DNA of 64,000 nt, taken from the NCBI RefSeq assembly GCF_001194135.2, contig NC_068993.1, forward strand, positions 3,688,986 to 3,752,985, written 5' to 3'. Below are positions 37,615 to 51,462 of the stretch, piece by piece. A model generated the notes under the pieces. It saw nothing but the letters and a program-made list of their open reading frames with translations. It did not search any database and was not told the origin of the DNA. Source of the stretch: Octopus bimaculoides. Its lineage: Eukaryota. A program made the translations under genes and the position numbers. Numbering within the stretch: position 1 is the stretch's first letter; every line of letters begins with the position of its first letter.

Positions 37615-38566
37615 ATATATATATATATATATATATTTGAACATATATACATATGTGTGTATTATGTGGTGTATGCATTTATGTAAGAATCGAATTATAT
37701 GTATAATCTCTGTGACTAATTCAATGATTCGGCTTATCGTATGTTGAAGAAGAAAGCAAAGATTCTAGAAGGGGGAGCGTAGAGGAAAACCAGAAATAAT
37801 AACCTCAGAAATACTTCTTTCCTTCTTCTGTCCTCGGTTAACGACAGCAATCACATCTCAACAATATCTATTTACCCCTTATACAAGAGAGAGATTTCGC
37901 GGTCAGAAAATTGTTTGGTGTATTTTCTTGTTCATTCTTTTCCCTCCATTTGTCTTTCCAGCTTTCTTTCCTTCTATTTTTCCATTCATTTTATTTCGTT
38001 TCTCTCTCTTTATATGACAGACGATAATTAGTGTTGAAGAGTCAAAGCGAAGTCGCTGCAGTACAAAGACTAATCTGATTCAAACATATATAACATTACA
38101 GTATGATTACCTCAACTATTCAGTTTAGCAAATTGCTAACCATATGCCCCCGTGTTCTCTGAGTACACTTACATTAAATGGATATCTACAACGACCATCT
38201 TCCGACATTTATAATATCATGGCTAATTCCCTTCTCCTTTTCATTACTTCTCTTCTACAAATCTGTTGTTAACCTCTATCGAATAGATGTCTTTGTGTTA
38301 CAGTAAACAGACGGGAGCAACAAGTACAGCAGTATATTACATCGATGCAAAATGTTCGGAACTGCAAAGCTATCAAATGAATATCTCCTTTGTTGCCTAA
38401 ATATAATGCTTTATATTGTGTCAATTAGCTTTATTTCTTGTGTGCAGTAGTAAGTGTATGTAATTGAAAATGCCTTCTTTTATGTTTCTACTTTTGTCAT
38501 GGAGGTTCATATAAATTAGTAACGTGCATTATTCTTCACTTTTAATTTAAGATTTAATCTAATCTT

Positions 38567-38614
<48 letters not shown>

Positions 38615-38794
38615 TGTGTGTGTGTGTGTGTGTGTGTGTATAACTTCATACATATATATATTTATATTTATATATATATATATATATCATTTCATAGACA
38701 CGTACATACACGTGTGTATTGTACCTAGTTGTTACGCCTGTAGCTAACGATACTTACCAGTATTTTTCAAGTTTCTTCGAGAAACGGGGACACT

Positions 38795-38960
38795 GAAGCA
38801 CGAATTAAAGTAAAACTAGCTTTGGTATGACAAGTAATGAAACACTTGAGGAAGGAAAAGACCAGCCTAAGAAAGCGATGGAAATGTACTGCAGAAGAGG
38901 AAAAACCTGGCCTCGCACTGCTGTACGACGATTGGAAAAGGAAATGCCGTTATGTGCATG
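38795..38960 (+). mobile_element. fragment of an R2-group (HERO-like) non-LTR retrotransposon ORF, pre-RT region
   Basis: Plus frame 38831-38950 reads QVMKHLRKEKTSLRKRWKCTAEEEKPGLALLYDDWKRKCR, resembling the recalled LRKExxSLRKRWKxAxEEEKxGLxxL segment of these elements; there is an in-frame stop just upstream. Confidence 0.5.
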
Positions 38961-39749
38961 ATGATATTTGTGTGTATGTCTGAGTGTGAACATGCATTAT
39001 CAAATAATCCTGTTCTAAAATCTATGCCATCATCTTTGGCATTCTATTGGGTATAATGGACACTCAGTGTACTATAAATATGTATTTAATTAAACATAGA
39101 AACATCGGAACCAAAACTTATTACCTCAAGTGTATTTGATATATATTTATACGGTTGTAAGTAAAACGCTAAACATATTGAGTTGTTGCTTTTCGGCAGC
39201 TGCTAATAAGACTGAACTGTAGCAAAGAAAATGAAGATTGATTCTCTATATTTCTAGATTTTAATATGTTTCAAAATATTATTATTTCAGGAAATCTTAA
39301 TTTTATTGCCAATTTTCGCTACAAAACTAAATGTATCTCGGCATACATACCATGCGTAAGTGCAAACATTTTAGGCTTGGTTTTGTACTGAATATATTCT
39401 ACGCAATGTGAGTTTTGCGTATATGTGCAAATATTATGCAATTATACATATATATATATATATATATGTACATACGTACATGCATACATATATACTGCAG
39501 ACATATATATATACACAGATGTTTGTAAGTGCTGGAGAACATATATTTGCCTTGTAAGTTTTCTTTATGTAATCCTTCTCAAGGCACCAGTTATTAATGC
39601 GAATTGATTCCGTTTTTAGTCCTTCCATTCTGATTATCTGCGTTTCTCTGAAACTCAAGATATTTATATTTTTGGAAGATTCTTAATTTATTTTAGAGAT
39701 AGATAATCGCCTGTTGCGATTCGTACTTCGTTCTTCGCTTGGGAGGTAT

Positions 39750-40150
39750 TTATTTTGCAAATCGTTACCGAAAACAATAGCACGTTGATTAGCATTGTTC
39801 TATTTGTGTGTTATTTAGTGTATATCAGAGTATGATCTGTTTCTCTTTCGGTTCTTTTCAACACTATTCTTATTCTCTCAGTGTTCTGCTGATATTTGTT
39901 GTTAACGCTGGCTTAATTTTCGGTTCTGCCAAGCATCATCCCATGTGTGACTGTAGATATCTTCAATACAAAACGCAAAACCACGGACAATATGGTTAAT
40001 TATTTCTTTCTAACCGCTACAAATTCTGAGTTTTTCTCCTTATGTTTTCATGTTTTTTATTTCCCTTTCTTTCACCATGTGTCACAACTAAAACATTTTC
40101 TCGCCTCCCCTACGACTCCTCCACTCCAGAGCTGCTGCTGAGGACTTTAT
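39750..40150 (-). mobile_element. possible highly decayed RTE-like LINE fragment
   Basis: Minus frames give GEKL...KEIINHIVRGFAF...WQNRKLSQR and YTLNNTQ, loosely like RTE post-RT KEIxxRIxxAxxAF..WxNRxLS and WTL motifs; the match is weak. Confidence 0.25.
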
Positions 40151-41249
40151 TTCTTCACCAATCGCTTTCAAGTATTGGCTATGAAGAGGCTTTCATTCCC
40201 ATCACTGACATATCGTTTATAAATTACAATTTCTGTTTATTGCATCGCAATTTTATTTGCCTCAAACTGTTTTATATATTCTGATGCTCCCGATAACCGA
40301 AAATCATTGTGCATCTTTGTTTTGCTCATGACAAGCAGCACTTAATTTCATATTTTCATTTATTGGTTACGAAACAATATAACGTTCCCATGGTGCGTTA
40401 TTTAAAATATATAGTTGGAATAGGTAAGAGACTTTGATTTAAAATGTAGGAATTATTTTATTTTGTAAATTCATTAGGTGTCCAATTGAAAATGATGCGA
40501 ATAATTTACGTACAAGTTTCCAGAAAAACGAGGGGAAAATGACTTGGTAACTCATCTTTTATTTTAGGTCTGTTTTAATCGTGGCGTCTACAGTATTCCT
40601 CCCAACACACACACACACGTGTACTCACACACACATGCTGTGGTATAAATATATAAATATGGATATGTTTAGGTCTATATAAGTATACTTGCATATAGAT
40701 NNNNNNNNNNNNNNNNNNNNNNNNNNNNNNNNNNNNNNNNNNNNNNNNNNNNNNNNNNNNNNNNNNNNNNNNNNNNNNNNNNNNNNNNNNNNNNNNNNNN
40801 NNNNNNNNNNNNNNNNNNNNNNNNNNNNNNNNNNNNNNNNNNNNNNNNNNNNNNNNNNNNNNNNNNNNNNNNNNNNNNNNNNNNNNNNNNATATATATAT
40901 ATATACATTCACGAACATACATTTATCTATGTATACGATATATTTGTACATGTCGCTCTCTCTCACTCTCTCTCTCTGTCTCTCTCTCTCTCTCTGTCTA
41001 TCTATCTATCTATCTATCTATCTGTCTATCTTTACATATGTATGTAAATGTTTGAATACGTAACGGAAGTAGTCGAATGTCAGAGAAAGAGACATATTAC
41101 ATTAATACAAACAAATATATACATTATATTATTGCAATGTTCCTCTTATCGTCTGGAAAAGAAAAATTGTGCTTCATAGAATATTGGAATATTAAAAGTT
41201 TCTATTTACGGAAAGAAAGTAATATATCACCAATGTGCATCTCTAATGA

Positions 41250-42200
41250 CAACTGTTTTGTTGGTATTACCTCATAGAAAATAACCTCTATTTTGTGCAC
41301 GATTTAGTAATTAGCTAATTACTTAATACTAATAGCGCATAGAAAATAGAGTAGGACACACCTAGAGAAGGGTTTATTGGCAAATGATCTATAGAGGAAT
41401 TTAATAATGCTGTATGTATTTACTTTGATCTCCTTGTAAGTCTGTGAGACTGAAGTCCAGTTAAATTATCCATCTTTCATAATATATCATGTATTTTTAG
41501 ATTGCATGTGAAAGCGTCCATCTATTGCTTATTAGGTATAACTACTTCATCATACATGTAGAGAGAATTCTATTTTGCCGAAGCATGTAAAACCGGAGCA
41601 GATTGATCGATGTTTCTTTCTCTGTATTGATTATATGTAGCTGATATTAACCTCTTCATATGTTATATTTTGGAAGCGTTTATTGTAAGCATTCGACTTG
41701 TGCAGCTGAAATCAACATTTTCATTCTGTCATTAGTCTCAGAACTTTCATTGCATTGTTTGCTTTCTTATTGGCTCACTTCCTCTTTGTGCAGTCTTGCA
41801 AGATACTGGCCAGAAACAGATATTTGTCGCCATTTCTTGCTAAATTTCTTCTTTTAAATCCCGCTTCGATTTTCTCGGTTTATCAGTTTCTTTTTTTAAA
41901 AACTCTGCTATTTTTGTCCTTTATAAAAAGATTTTGTTCACTGTTTTTAGTTTAGAACATTTTTAGTTACAATTTAACTAGACAAACGCTTTTTAAAAAA
42001 ATTATTCCTGATTTATTCACACTGGTTAATTCTTGCTTCTATATTTTTAACCGCCTGTGGTTACTTTTGATATTCCTGATGCCAAAAGATGGCAAAAGAA
42101 GTGGCCTGATGGACAAAATATAATCACATCCTGTGATATGAGAAGTATTTTTACTTTCTAAGTTCAAATCGCTGATCGCGTAGACGTCTTTTTCTTTCCC
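41250..42200 (-). mobile_element. decayed R4/Dong-like non-LTR retrotransposon, C-terminal part (post-RT, zinc-knuckle and restriction-like endonuclease region)
   Basis: Collinear minus-strand motifs: LLPSFGIRN (42072-42098), WRQISVSGQYLARLHKEEVSQ (about 41770-41833), MLISAAQ (41698-41718), frameshifted ETxDxICSG (41591-41616), WTSVSQTYKEIKVN (41420-41460). Recalled R4 equivalents are YSFGIINW, WxxKxLHGQY, LIxAAQDQ, ETIDHIISGC and WDFxIQTDKEIKAN. Confidence 0.7.
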
Positions 42201-42519
42201 CTGAGGTTGATTAGTCAAATTACTGGCGAGTGTCAAGGTCAAATTAAACACATTTTGCTGCTACTAAAACGCCTGGCCTTGCCACAATACTAATGTAATA
42301 TTGCTACTATTCTACAATGAGAGTGAAATAGGAGAAACAGTTGATCAACAAATACTAGAATTTTCAGCGAAGTAACTTTACTTTCTGATCTTGATTTCTG
42401 CAGTTAATTTCGCTTTGGTGCCTAAGGTAAAGATGCATCGCAGATATCGGTCGACTACTCGGAGATATGAACTCATTCACCAGAATTCATTCTGTAATTT
42501 TAATTTCGAACATTCCTCA

Positions 42520-42520
42520 T

Positions 42521-42572
<52 letters not shown>

Positions 42573-42846
42573 GCGGCTGTTGTTGCTGCTGCTGCTGCTG
42601 CTAACAGCGGCAGAAGAAGCTGCGGCACAATTGTGACAGCAGCGCAGCAGCGGCAGTAACGGCGATAGCAGCAGCANNNNNNNNNNGTAACGGCGATAGC
42701 AGCAGCAGCGATAGCAGCAGCAGCGATAGCAGCAGCAGCGATAGCAGCAGCAGCGATAGCAGCAGCAGCGATAGCAGCAGCAGCGATAGCAGCAGCGACA
42801 TGAGCAGCAGCAGCAGTGCAGCAGCGGCAACAGCAGCAGCAGCGGC
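42520..42846. repeat. compound (CTA)n/(CTG)n/(CAG)n tract including a 15-bp unit CAGCAGCAGCGATAG repeated about 6-7 times; 10-N gap
   Basis: Seen directly; GTAACGGCGATAGCAGCAGCA occurs on both sides of the gap. Confidence 0.95.
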
Positions 42847-42929
42847 AGTCTGTTTAGTCACGAGTCCACGTTGCAGTCTCCACAATAATTTTCGTGTTAA
42901 ACGTTTAACAGTTGATGAGGGCTTTGTAC

Positions 42930-43110
42930 AAAAAAGTGTCTACTGTCAGCCATCTCAATGTGATTTACCACACAGCCTCTTTGGCAAAGACTACCAAGCT
43001 AATAAAAACAACCTCTGCTTCCGAACGAAAGAAGGTGGCGGACTGATATTCGTAATGGAGCCCGCTAATCACTAGATTAAACTTACATATGACAGCAATT
43101 GGTGGAAATA
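42930..43110 (+). mobile_element. short R4/Dong-like LINE fragment (post-RT)
   Basis: YQANKNNLCFRTKEGGGLI (42992-43048) resembles the recalled HPKADIDRLYIPRKEGGRGLI; it is followed by LD*TYI, like LExTYK. Confidence 0.45.
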
Positions 43111-44609
43111 ATTCTGCAAGTGACCACCCTTGCGCACCGAGTGATTGCGTGCAGAGGGAATCGGTAAAAGTGAAAGAATATATAAATGAAGCATAATGAA
43201 CGACGTTTAATGAACTTCTTAAGACGGTTCTTGTTACTGCTGCTGCTGTTGCCTTTGCTGGTTTTATTGTGTTATTGTCCAGTATTTTCATGGCGGTGGT
43301 TGAGTTTGGCAGGAACTTGTGTTTAAAATGATTAAAACCTTCTAATTTTATTAAGCGGCGTAATTTGTCTGCCCTCTCGTATTTTCATTCCTCCCAGGCA
43401 CTCCTGTACGCATACCTTTTTGTGTTTTAATAGCAGCCAATTACCTTTCAAATTACAACTTAACATCTAAAAAACCGATTGAAATTTTGGATAATATAAC
43501 CCAAAGTATAAACAAAAGATAGGATGGTCAAATTTGGAACGTCTGATCAGAGAAAGTAACCAAAACATCATTTTAGAAATCATCATTATTCTTAGGCCAA
43601 AACCTCTATTTAGAGAAAGTATGTAACTTATCCTTTAGATTATGCATTCTAAATATACACAAGCCTATCCTTTTCTAATATCTTGCTGAAGATTTAGAAG
43701 TGTAATATATTGGATTTAGAGGCCAATATTATAATCACTCCACCATGACACATAACTTTGATGGGCTAATATTAATAACTGTTTCAGCTACATCAGTCCA
43801 ATCCAATTATTCTTCAGGCTGTAAAATCTTATTCTATGATGCAAAATCGATGTGGAGTTGTTAATACAATCTGGTTGAACTATTACTTTTAAGACTACAG
43901 CGGATTGTGTAGGAGCGAAATGACGTAGTAGATAAAGTATTTGACTGATTAGAACAGAACAGCGAGTTCAAATCAGTTGCTTGCATTTGTCTCGAGAATC
44001 CTATTTCCTAACAACTCCAGAATATTTACTAAATAATGTGGAGATGTGAATTAGTATTACCTGATGTCTTATCCAGGTGAATTTTCCATTAAAAGTAATG
44101 CATCGTTGCCAATTGTGTAAACAATAAACATACTATAACAAAGTGGTTTTATAGGAACAATGTAAATAACTTCATATATACTTTAAAATCTCTCATAATT
44201 ATTACAGCTTTATTTGGACTGAAGATGTGGAATATAATTGCTCACATTTTGAAATAACAATAAATGATTTGCTGAAATTTTTTAGTGAAATACGCCATAG
44301 AACACTAATATTATATTCTGGTCTTTTTATTATAATTCTTTTCACATTTAGAAGTATTTATAACAATATTAATTAATCATGGCACTGAACAAGATTTGCA
44401 TTTTATTGGTACACTGTTGAAAGGAAAATTCTATTTGAATGAGGTTTTACGAATAGAATGGCTATAGCTAAATATAGCTAAACATAGTCAACATAATGCC
44501 AGACACTTTAATGGTTCTGCAAGTCATCCCCTGTTTGACGGTATCTCAGATAAACAGCTGAATTTTCGTTGGCTGATGACCTGACAAGTTCATTGTTGTG
44601 GTTATAGAT

Positions 44610-44810
44610 CAAAATATAGTTAAATCTTGAAGGTTTAATCTACCTGGTTCTGTATGAGTCTTGTAGCAATGCATAATTCTTGGTTTGGTCATTGGCTTCC
44701 ACTCCACACATTTCTCCATATGGCAGAATATAGAGGTGATAGACAGCAAGGTAATGCCTAATTTGCTTAACACAACCTTCGGAGATAATTCCGTCACAAC
44801 GTTGCTAACC
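44610..44810 (-). mobile_element. possible additional R4-like C-terminal remnant
   Basis: Minus frames DGIISEGC..RHYLAVYH..YG and EKCVEWKP loosely resemble DHIISGC..RH..YG and KWYEHKP; the match is weak. Confidence 0.25.
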
Positions 44811-45177
44811 ATAGAAGTTCAAAATAGGTTTATTAAAAGTTTGTGGCTAAGTAATTTTGTTGTTACGTTATTTCATTGTGAACATCATATGTTCTATTTT
44901 GAGCACTCATACATCTGCTCCATTTTTTCTATTTCGTATCAAATCGACAGCCGGAGGATATTTGGTAAATACCATTGTAATCAATATGTGATTAACTTAG
45001 AATTTTTTGTAGAATACAAAGTTGGATTCTTGTTTCCTTCCCTTAGTGATTTTCTTTACAATAAGACACTACCTCGGCAAGAAGCAAATAAGTTTGGCAC
45101 ACATGCTTGAGCACCAAAAGCGGGGCACAGGCTACAAAATATATTGTCCAACATTTCCACCTCTTTCCTTCGCAGGT

Positions 45178-45300
45178 CTAGTAATATATTTTACCGACCC
45201 CTTGACCAATGACAAGCAAAGTAGACATGTGCAAGATTTGAACTGGAACATGAAACAGCATGAAAAAATATCGCACAGCATTTTGTTCCACAAATTCAGG
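45178..45300 (-). mobile_element. SINE family A, diverged
   Basis: GTAATATATTTTACCGACCCC..GCAAAGTAGAC..GATTTGAACT..AGCATTTTGTTCC. Confidence 0.6.
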
Positions 45301-45639
45301 ATTGAACCAATTCACACGCTGTATCTTTCTGAGAGAGAAAAATAACAAGCACACCATCAGTAACAACAAAAGTAATAATAACAGACTGGTACATGCATGC
45401 GCTACCTAGGGTCGATAACTCCTGAAATACGAAACTCTGGTTTTAACGTGAAATTAGAACTATTTCGGAAAAATTAGGCTTACCTTCTCTTCTATAGGAA
45501 ATGGTTTGATTCGGTACACTCATGGTTTATAAAGTCGAGTCTTTATCTTAATGAAATAAATAAATAAACACATAAATCTATACAAGTCCACATCGCTGCA
45601 AAGGGAATATATTGGCAATTCAATCAATCACGATGCATG

Positions 45640-45706
45640 AAAGGTAATTATTTTATCGACCCTGAAGGTCTAGAAGGAAAATTGAATTCTGGTGGGATTT
45701 CAACTT
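45640..45706 (-). mobile_element. SINE family A fragment
   Basis: GGTAATTATTTTATCGACCCTGAAGG..GGGATTTCAACTTA. Confidence 0.6.
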
Positions 45707-46226
45707 AATATATGAAGACATATTCTTTCCTCTGCTACTTCTTCCTCTTTACTGCCATTTTTGGTTCCAGTGAAACTAATAAATATGCACATCGCGATAC
45801 TTTGAATACGCAATGGTGTTTTACGTATACATATATTGCCATATATATATATATATATACGTACAAACACACACGCACACACAAATATATGGAAGCGCAA
45901 AAACACATACATTTATACATTCATACATGCATACATATATAATGTGTGTGTGAGTGTGTACATATAGACATATATATGTGTGTGTTTTTATTGAGCATAT
46001 AAGAGAAGTGAGGTGAGATGCACATGCGTATCGGTAGCGGTTTGGTAGAACAAATAAGAGAATAGAACTCATTACTTCAGTATCTATACACACACAAACA
46101 CACACACGCACACATACACCCCCCCCACACACATACACGCGTATACATATATTTGTATATGTTACCATTCATATGCATATATCGATGTATAAGGATTGTT
46201 TTATCCTTTGTGAGTACGTATCTCTA

Positions 46227-46278
<52 letters not shown>

Positions 46279-47708
46279 TGTGCGTAAACTTTTAAATTTA
46301 AGGTGTTGGAATATCCGTTTTGTTAACGTCGAACAAAATACTTTGCAATGGGTGTCTTTTCACTATTTGTGTCTCAAGTCAGGTGAGGTGGACTTGTCCA
46401 GGCCTTCTTATTCGTCACATTTACTATACATGGTCCTATGCCAATTCGAAACAACAATAATCCGGTTATGCTGATCTGCGCCATCAAACATTCAGATAAT
46501 CAGGGCCTGGTTCTTTTGTCAGCGAGATTTTATAGACAAAGTTGAAATTTGATTCTATCGTAGTATAGTATACCTCAGTTGTGAAAGATAGAGTTTACCT
46601 CTCTACGATCAGGACATAAAAATGTGGATGAATACAAAAAAAAAACAAACAAAAATCAATCTTCCCTGTTCCTGTTATCGCAATTTTATCAGTTAATTCC
46701 ATGATGACGTACTGTGCCGACTTATATTGGATACAAGAAAGTATACACGGCAATGAATGTCCGTGGGTTAAGAAATGAATATGTAAAAAATATACATTTC
46801 TGTGACGAGCAAAAACATTCAGAGTTTCGGAGATTTGACCTTTTTGCCCGCTGACGAATGTTCAATTTTGAAAGGTTTGAATTTTTTTATGTTAACAATA
46901 AAATAATAATGTGAATGTATTACCTTTTTTTTTATCTGTCTTTATTTCATTGAAATAGAATTTCATCTATATCTTATTTAAATTTATATCAATTATCAGA
47001 CCTATTTCATTTATATCTTTCATATTTATCTTGTTTAAAAATCTGCTATTAACACATAATTATAGGTTTAAAACTCATATATATATATATATATATACTT
47101 TCCATGGAATGAAACTCTGATTGAATTGTTAACACTTTAGAAACGTAAGTAAGTCTGCTCTGTTGATCATCACGAGGATCTGTTTACCAGATCGCCAACA
47201 GTTTCTCTTTTTATTCCGCATCTATGCATATTCACCACTTAAAACTTTCTTCTCGATACAGACAGACGATGCACTCTTTAGTTTATTTTGCTGTACATAC
47301 CAATCATAGCCTAACCCATACTTGGGCATCCAAATTAGAATGATATATTACAACATTTTTGGCTTCATTTATGGAAATACCTAAACAGATTTTATTTACT
47401 TTTAAAGTAGTTTGGCTGCTATCTCTGGAATTCTGGATGACTGCTTATTGACTCCCTTTTGTCTGGTTGAATATAATTATGTTAACGTTTCTATCGGAGA
47501 ATCACTGTACGACATAAATATATAGGTATAAATCATAATTATGTTTAAACATATCTTTAAATAGGATAAAGAAGTCGCATAGTTGACACATTTAAATATA
47601 CAAGCTAATCTCAAAAAGTGTGTTTAACTTTATAAATGTGTGAATACATTCGTACACGCATATGAATGCCTGTACATATATTGATACATGTCTCTCTTTC
47701 GGTCTTTG

Positions 47709-47742
<34 letters not shown>

Positions 47743-47800
47743 CGTACAAGCATACAGATATGCATAAACTTACACAACTATATATGTAAATACTCACACA

Positions 47801-47851
<51 letters not shown>

Positions 47852-48899
47852 ATAAGGATATCTGTTGGTGTGTGAGTGTGTCAGTGCGTATACAGGGCAC
47901 ACTGTTCTGTGCTGATATATATTTAGCTATTTTTTTATATATATATATTTTGTATTAAACTAGTAATGGAATTGTTTTTTTCTTTTTGTTCTTGTCCTCT
48001 TTTGCCAATTAAAAGATTACTTTTTTTTTATTTATTCATCGTTCCAGTCATCACCACCGCCACTATAAACACTCATATTGGTTTATCAGTTTATCTAGTA
48101 TTTCTACTCTACTTTTTTTCTCTTTTCTTTTCAACCGTGTGTTTGTTTTTTTCATTCGCTCTTTCGTTATATTGGCTTCATTGAGATGGAGCAGTAAATA
48201 TTGTGTTGTGTGGAAGGTTTCGTTCAACTGCCTAACCGGCAAGGGAGGCGACTAAAACACAATGAGGAGATGATGTGTAGGATGGGGAAAAAATAAGAAA
48301 AACATTAAAGACATAATATAAAGATATCATCAGTAGTTTTAAATTAGAAAAGCAAAGACGGTACTGCCAAATTCTATATTCCACAGCAATAAAAAACGGA
48401 AACAAAAAGAACGACGAAAAAAAAAACCAAGAAAAATAACTAGAATCAAGAAAGAACATAAATATGCATATAGATACACACACACACACACACACAATAT
48501 ATATATATATATATATATATATANNNNNNNNNNNNNNNNNNNNNNNNNNNNNNNNNNNNNNNNNNNNNNNNNNNNNNNNNNNNNNNNNNNNNNNNNNNNN
48601 NNNNNNNNNNNNNNNNNNNNNNNNNNNNNNNNNNNNNNNNNNNNNNNNNNNNNNNNNNNNNNNNNNNNNNNNNNNNNNNNNNNNNNNNNNNNNNNNNNNN
48701 NNNNNNNNNNNNNNNNNNNNNNNNNNNNNNNNNNNNNNNNNNNNNNNNNNNNNNNNNNNNNNNNNNNNNNNNNNNNTATATGTATGTATGTATGTATGTG
48801 TGTGTGTGTGTATGTATGTATATATACGCCACTTATGTTGCTGAAGGAGTTTGGAGTGCATTTAATGACATTGATTGATGGAGGGTTCAGCTCTTCATT

Positions 48900-49330
48900 A
48901 TGTCTCCTTGATGGCTATACACCATCATCGTTCCCGTCTCCGACCCTATCACTTCCGCAGACACCGCCACTGCTACCTCAAGCAATCGTTCAACCTCATA
49001 TCCATTCAACACCGTCATCATTTAGCACTAATATTAGTCCTCACACTGCCACTACTACCGCCACGTCCGGCACCACCAGGGCGAACATCGCCGCCGTCAC
49101 CACCACCACTGTTGTGATCTATCATCACAATTATTGATCATCACTCTCGCCAGCAACATCATCCCGACCGAAATCAGCCACAGCATCAACCGTTACCTCT
49201 CAAAATCCACTTTATCTCATAATTATCATTATCAACATATCTTCACTGTCAAATACCACGACGACGACGACGGCCGCCACCCTCTGCAACTACCTTCCAC
49301 CGCCATCGTCAATATTTACTACGACAGATG
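48900..49330. repeat. degenerate CAT/CAC/CGC trinucleotide-derived low-complexity tract
   Basis: Seen directly; yields P/T/H-rich ORFs with no recognisable domain. Confidence 0.75.
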
Positions 49331-49500
49331 GTGTCATTATGATAATAATTAAGGTTAAAATCATTAACCATATGCTACAACAAGATGTTTATCTGGCTTG
49401 AAAAATTTATTAAACACCACGAAATAAACTTGCTACCTACACAGCAGAAGCACTACGCAGACAATTGTCTTTTATATTATAACATGATCTACGTAACACT

Positions 49501-49610
49501 GCACACAGAGACGCACGCACATGCACACAGAGACGCACGCACATGCACACAGAGACACACGCGCATGGACACAGAGACGCACGCGCATGCACACAGAGAC
49601 ACACGCGCAT
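49501..49610. repeat. 22-bp minisatellite (GCACACAGAGACGCACGCACAT) x5
   Basis: Seen directly, with small variants between units. Confidence 0.9.
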
Positions 49611-49879
49611 TCACGTACATACACAATCACACAGTGTATATATCTACACACGTGAAAACATTGTGCCACTTGTTCACATGTATACACAAACTTTCAAATG
49701 CTTAAATCAATATTCTATCTGGCAAATAGAGAATGTAACTTCACCAGGGATGGATCTTGTGGTTACACATTCTCTTGACACGTATAACAATAAACCTAAT
49801 CCTCCGGTAGAACCTGGATTATACAATTGAAGACAAAGCTGACCCTTTCGAAGTGCAAATACAATCCGTCCAACGGGTT

Positions 49880-50030
49880 TCTAAGCAGCTTTCGTTTATT
49901 CATTTTCAACCACAAAGAGCGGATCGACCACGGGCGCTAGAGAAGAATGACACTTGCTCAAGACTCCACGCAGTGGGATCGAACTCGGTTCCTCATAATT
50001 TCGGAGTGGACTCCTTTACAGTAATACCGC
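49880..50030 (-). mobile_element. SINE family B 5' half, diverged
   Basis: GCAGCTTTCGTTTATTCATTTTCAACCACAAAG..GATCGACCACGGGC..GACACTTGCTCAAGACTCCACGCAGTGGGATCGAAC. Confidence 0.65.
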
Positions 50031-50429
50031 GACTACAATTCTGCAGTTGTTAAAACCACAATGAACAAAATTTAAAATTAAATAGTTTTTAACATTTGTA
50101 TAGTGAGGGCGATTGTTTATCCGCTGTTCTAGTTAATGTACATGGAGGTATGCGACGAAATGAATTCTTTTTCGCGAAATTAATGAATAACTGGCTGAGT
50201 ATTCCGCAGGTGAGTGTAATCCTACTGCAGGCAGCTGAAATGCTGTATCAGTGGGACATAATGTGACTATGCGCAAACTTTTAACAGGAAAAAGTAATCA
50301 CAGACAGAAAGGAAAAGGAGCAGCGATAGAAAGAAAACAGAGAAAATAGAGAGTTTTTGTGTGGGAGAGAGAGAGAGAGGAGGGGGGAAACAGACAGCGA
50401 AACTAGACCGTTACAATGGACCATTGAAT

Positions 50430-50770
50430 TTTATGTATCAGCCTCAAAAGCATAAAGTGTGAACTTGACTAAGAGTAAAATCGTCCTTTGAGCTTTGGAC
50501 TTAGAGTTCAAAGAATCGGGACAAATACTGCAAAGACTTCTCCCCGATTTATTGAGTACGTGCCGATCAGCGGCCTTAAAATTAATTTTTAATTATACAG
50601 TGTAAAGGACACTAATTGATTAAATTATCACCAATATTTTATCTCTGTATTTCTCTGATACTAGAGGAATGAAGGAAAGGATTGAACCACCGCGATTGGA
50701 AATCTGTCTTAAAGAGGAAGATGCAAAGAGAGAAATATTCCAGCGTTTTACAACTTTGGCATTCCGCAAA
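50430..50770 (-). mobile_element. two highly diverged SINE family A fragments
   Basis: Remnants such as TTGGACTTAGAGTTCAAAG and GGAATGAAGGAAAGGATTGAACCACCGCGATTGGAA. Confidence 0.35.
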
Positions 50771-51426
50771 TGAGATTAAAGCTAAAATGCAGCTACTAAC
50801 AATATATAACAAATATTATAGATAAGGAGATTTTTAATTCCTGAGCCCGTTTTATAGCAGAAAGCTAACCAGAAGACAGAAGTCGTGTTCTATCACTGCT
50901 ACTCATTTGTTTGTGTGATCATCAAGAGACACCGACGTCACCAGTCAAATCCTCTAATAATTATAGTGTTATATAACTCACTGCTTTAAGCAACGGAAGA
51001 ACTAACGAATTGTTGTTATGTTCAATTAAATTTCCGTGCCTTATTATATTATTCCTTCAAGAAAATGATACTTATATTGGAACGGCGTTTAATCCGGACA
51101 ACTAGCTAATTCACGCTCCTTAAAATTGACAACTTGAAATATTAGATCAAATATACCGGAACCTAAGTAAATTTTGATGCAAAATGCCTTCGGACAACGG
51201 CAATATTCAAGCAAGTACAGATACTTGCATTATGAACTGCCGTTTAACAACAACCAAATACTCTTACATTTCTAATACACTCACTATCTCCAAAATTTGA
51301 TTCTGAAATCAGTGGGGCGAAAGAAATGATAATACGCCCAAATGGTTTTGGTTATGCTTAGCAAAAGGATCAAGGGCATAAGCCTTAATTTCCAAGCAAA
51401 ATGCCATGTAGGTTCTTCCCCACCAC

Positions 51427-51462
<36 letters not shown>

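Noticed and set aside
43770-43822. Minus-strand CTGAAGA...CTGATGT-AGCT-GAAAC hammerhead-like words
   Set aside because: No stem II pairing for the first core, A9 is lost in the second, and there is no stem I; at best a very decayed relic.
44685-45110. 141-aa plus-strand ORF
   Set aside because: No recognisable domain, start context or splice structure; the opposite strand weakly resembles a LINE fossil.
37053-49610. Short tandem arrays (19-bp, 15-bp, 22-bp) considered as CRISPR-like
   Set aside because: Units are contiguous with no unique spacers, and the context is eukaryotic with no cas genes.
50191-50223. Strong donor-like CAG|GTGAGT
   Set aside because: It lies within a diverged SINE tail module (compare about 20748-20781) with no upstream acceptor or open exon.
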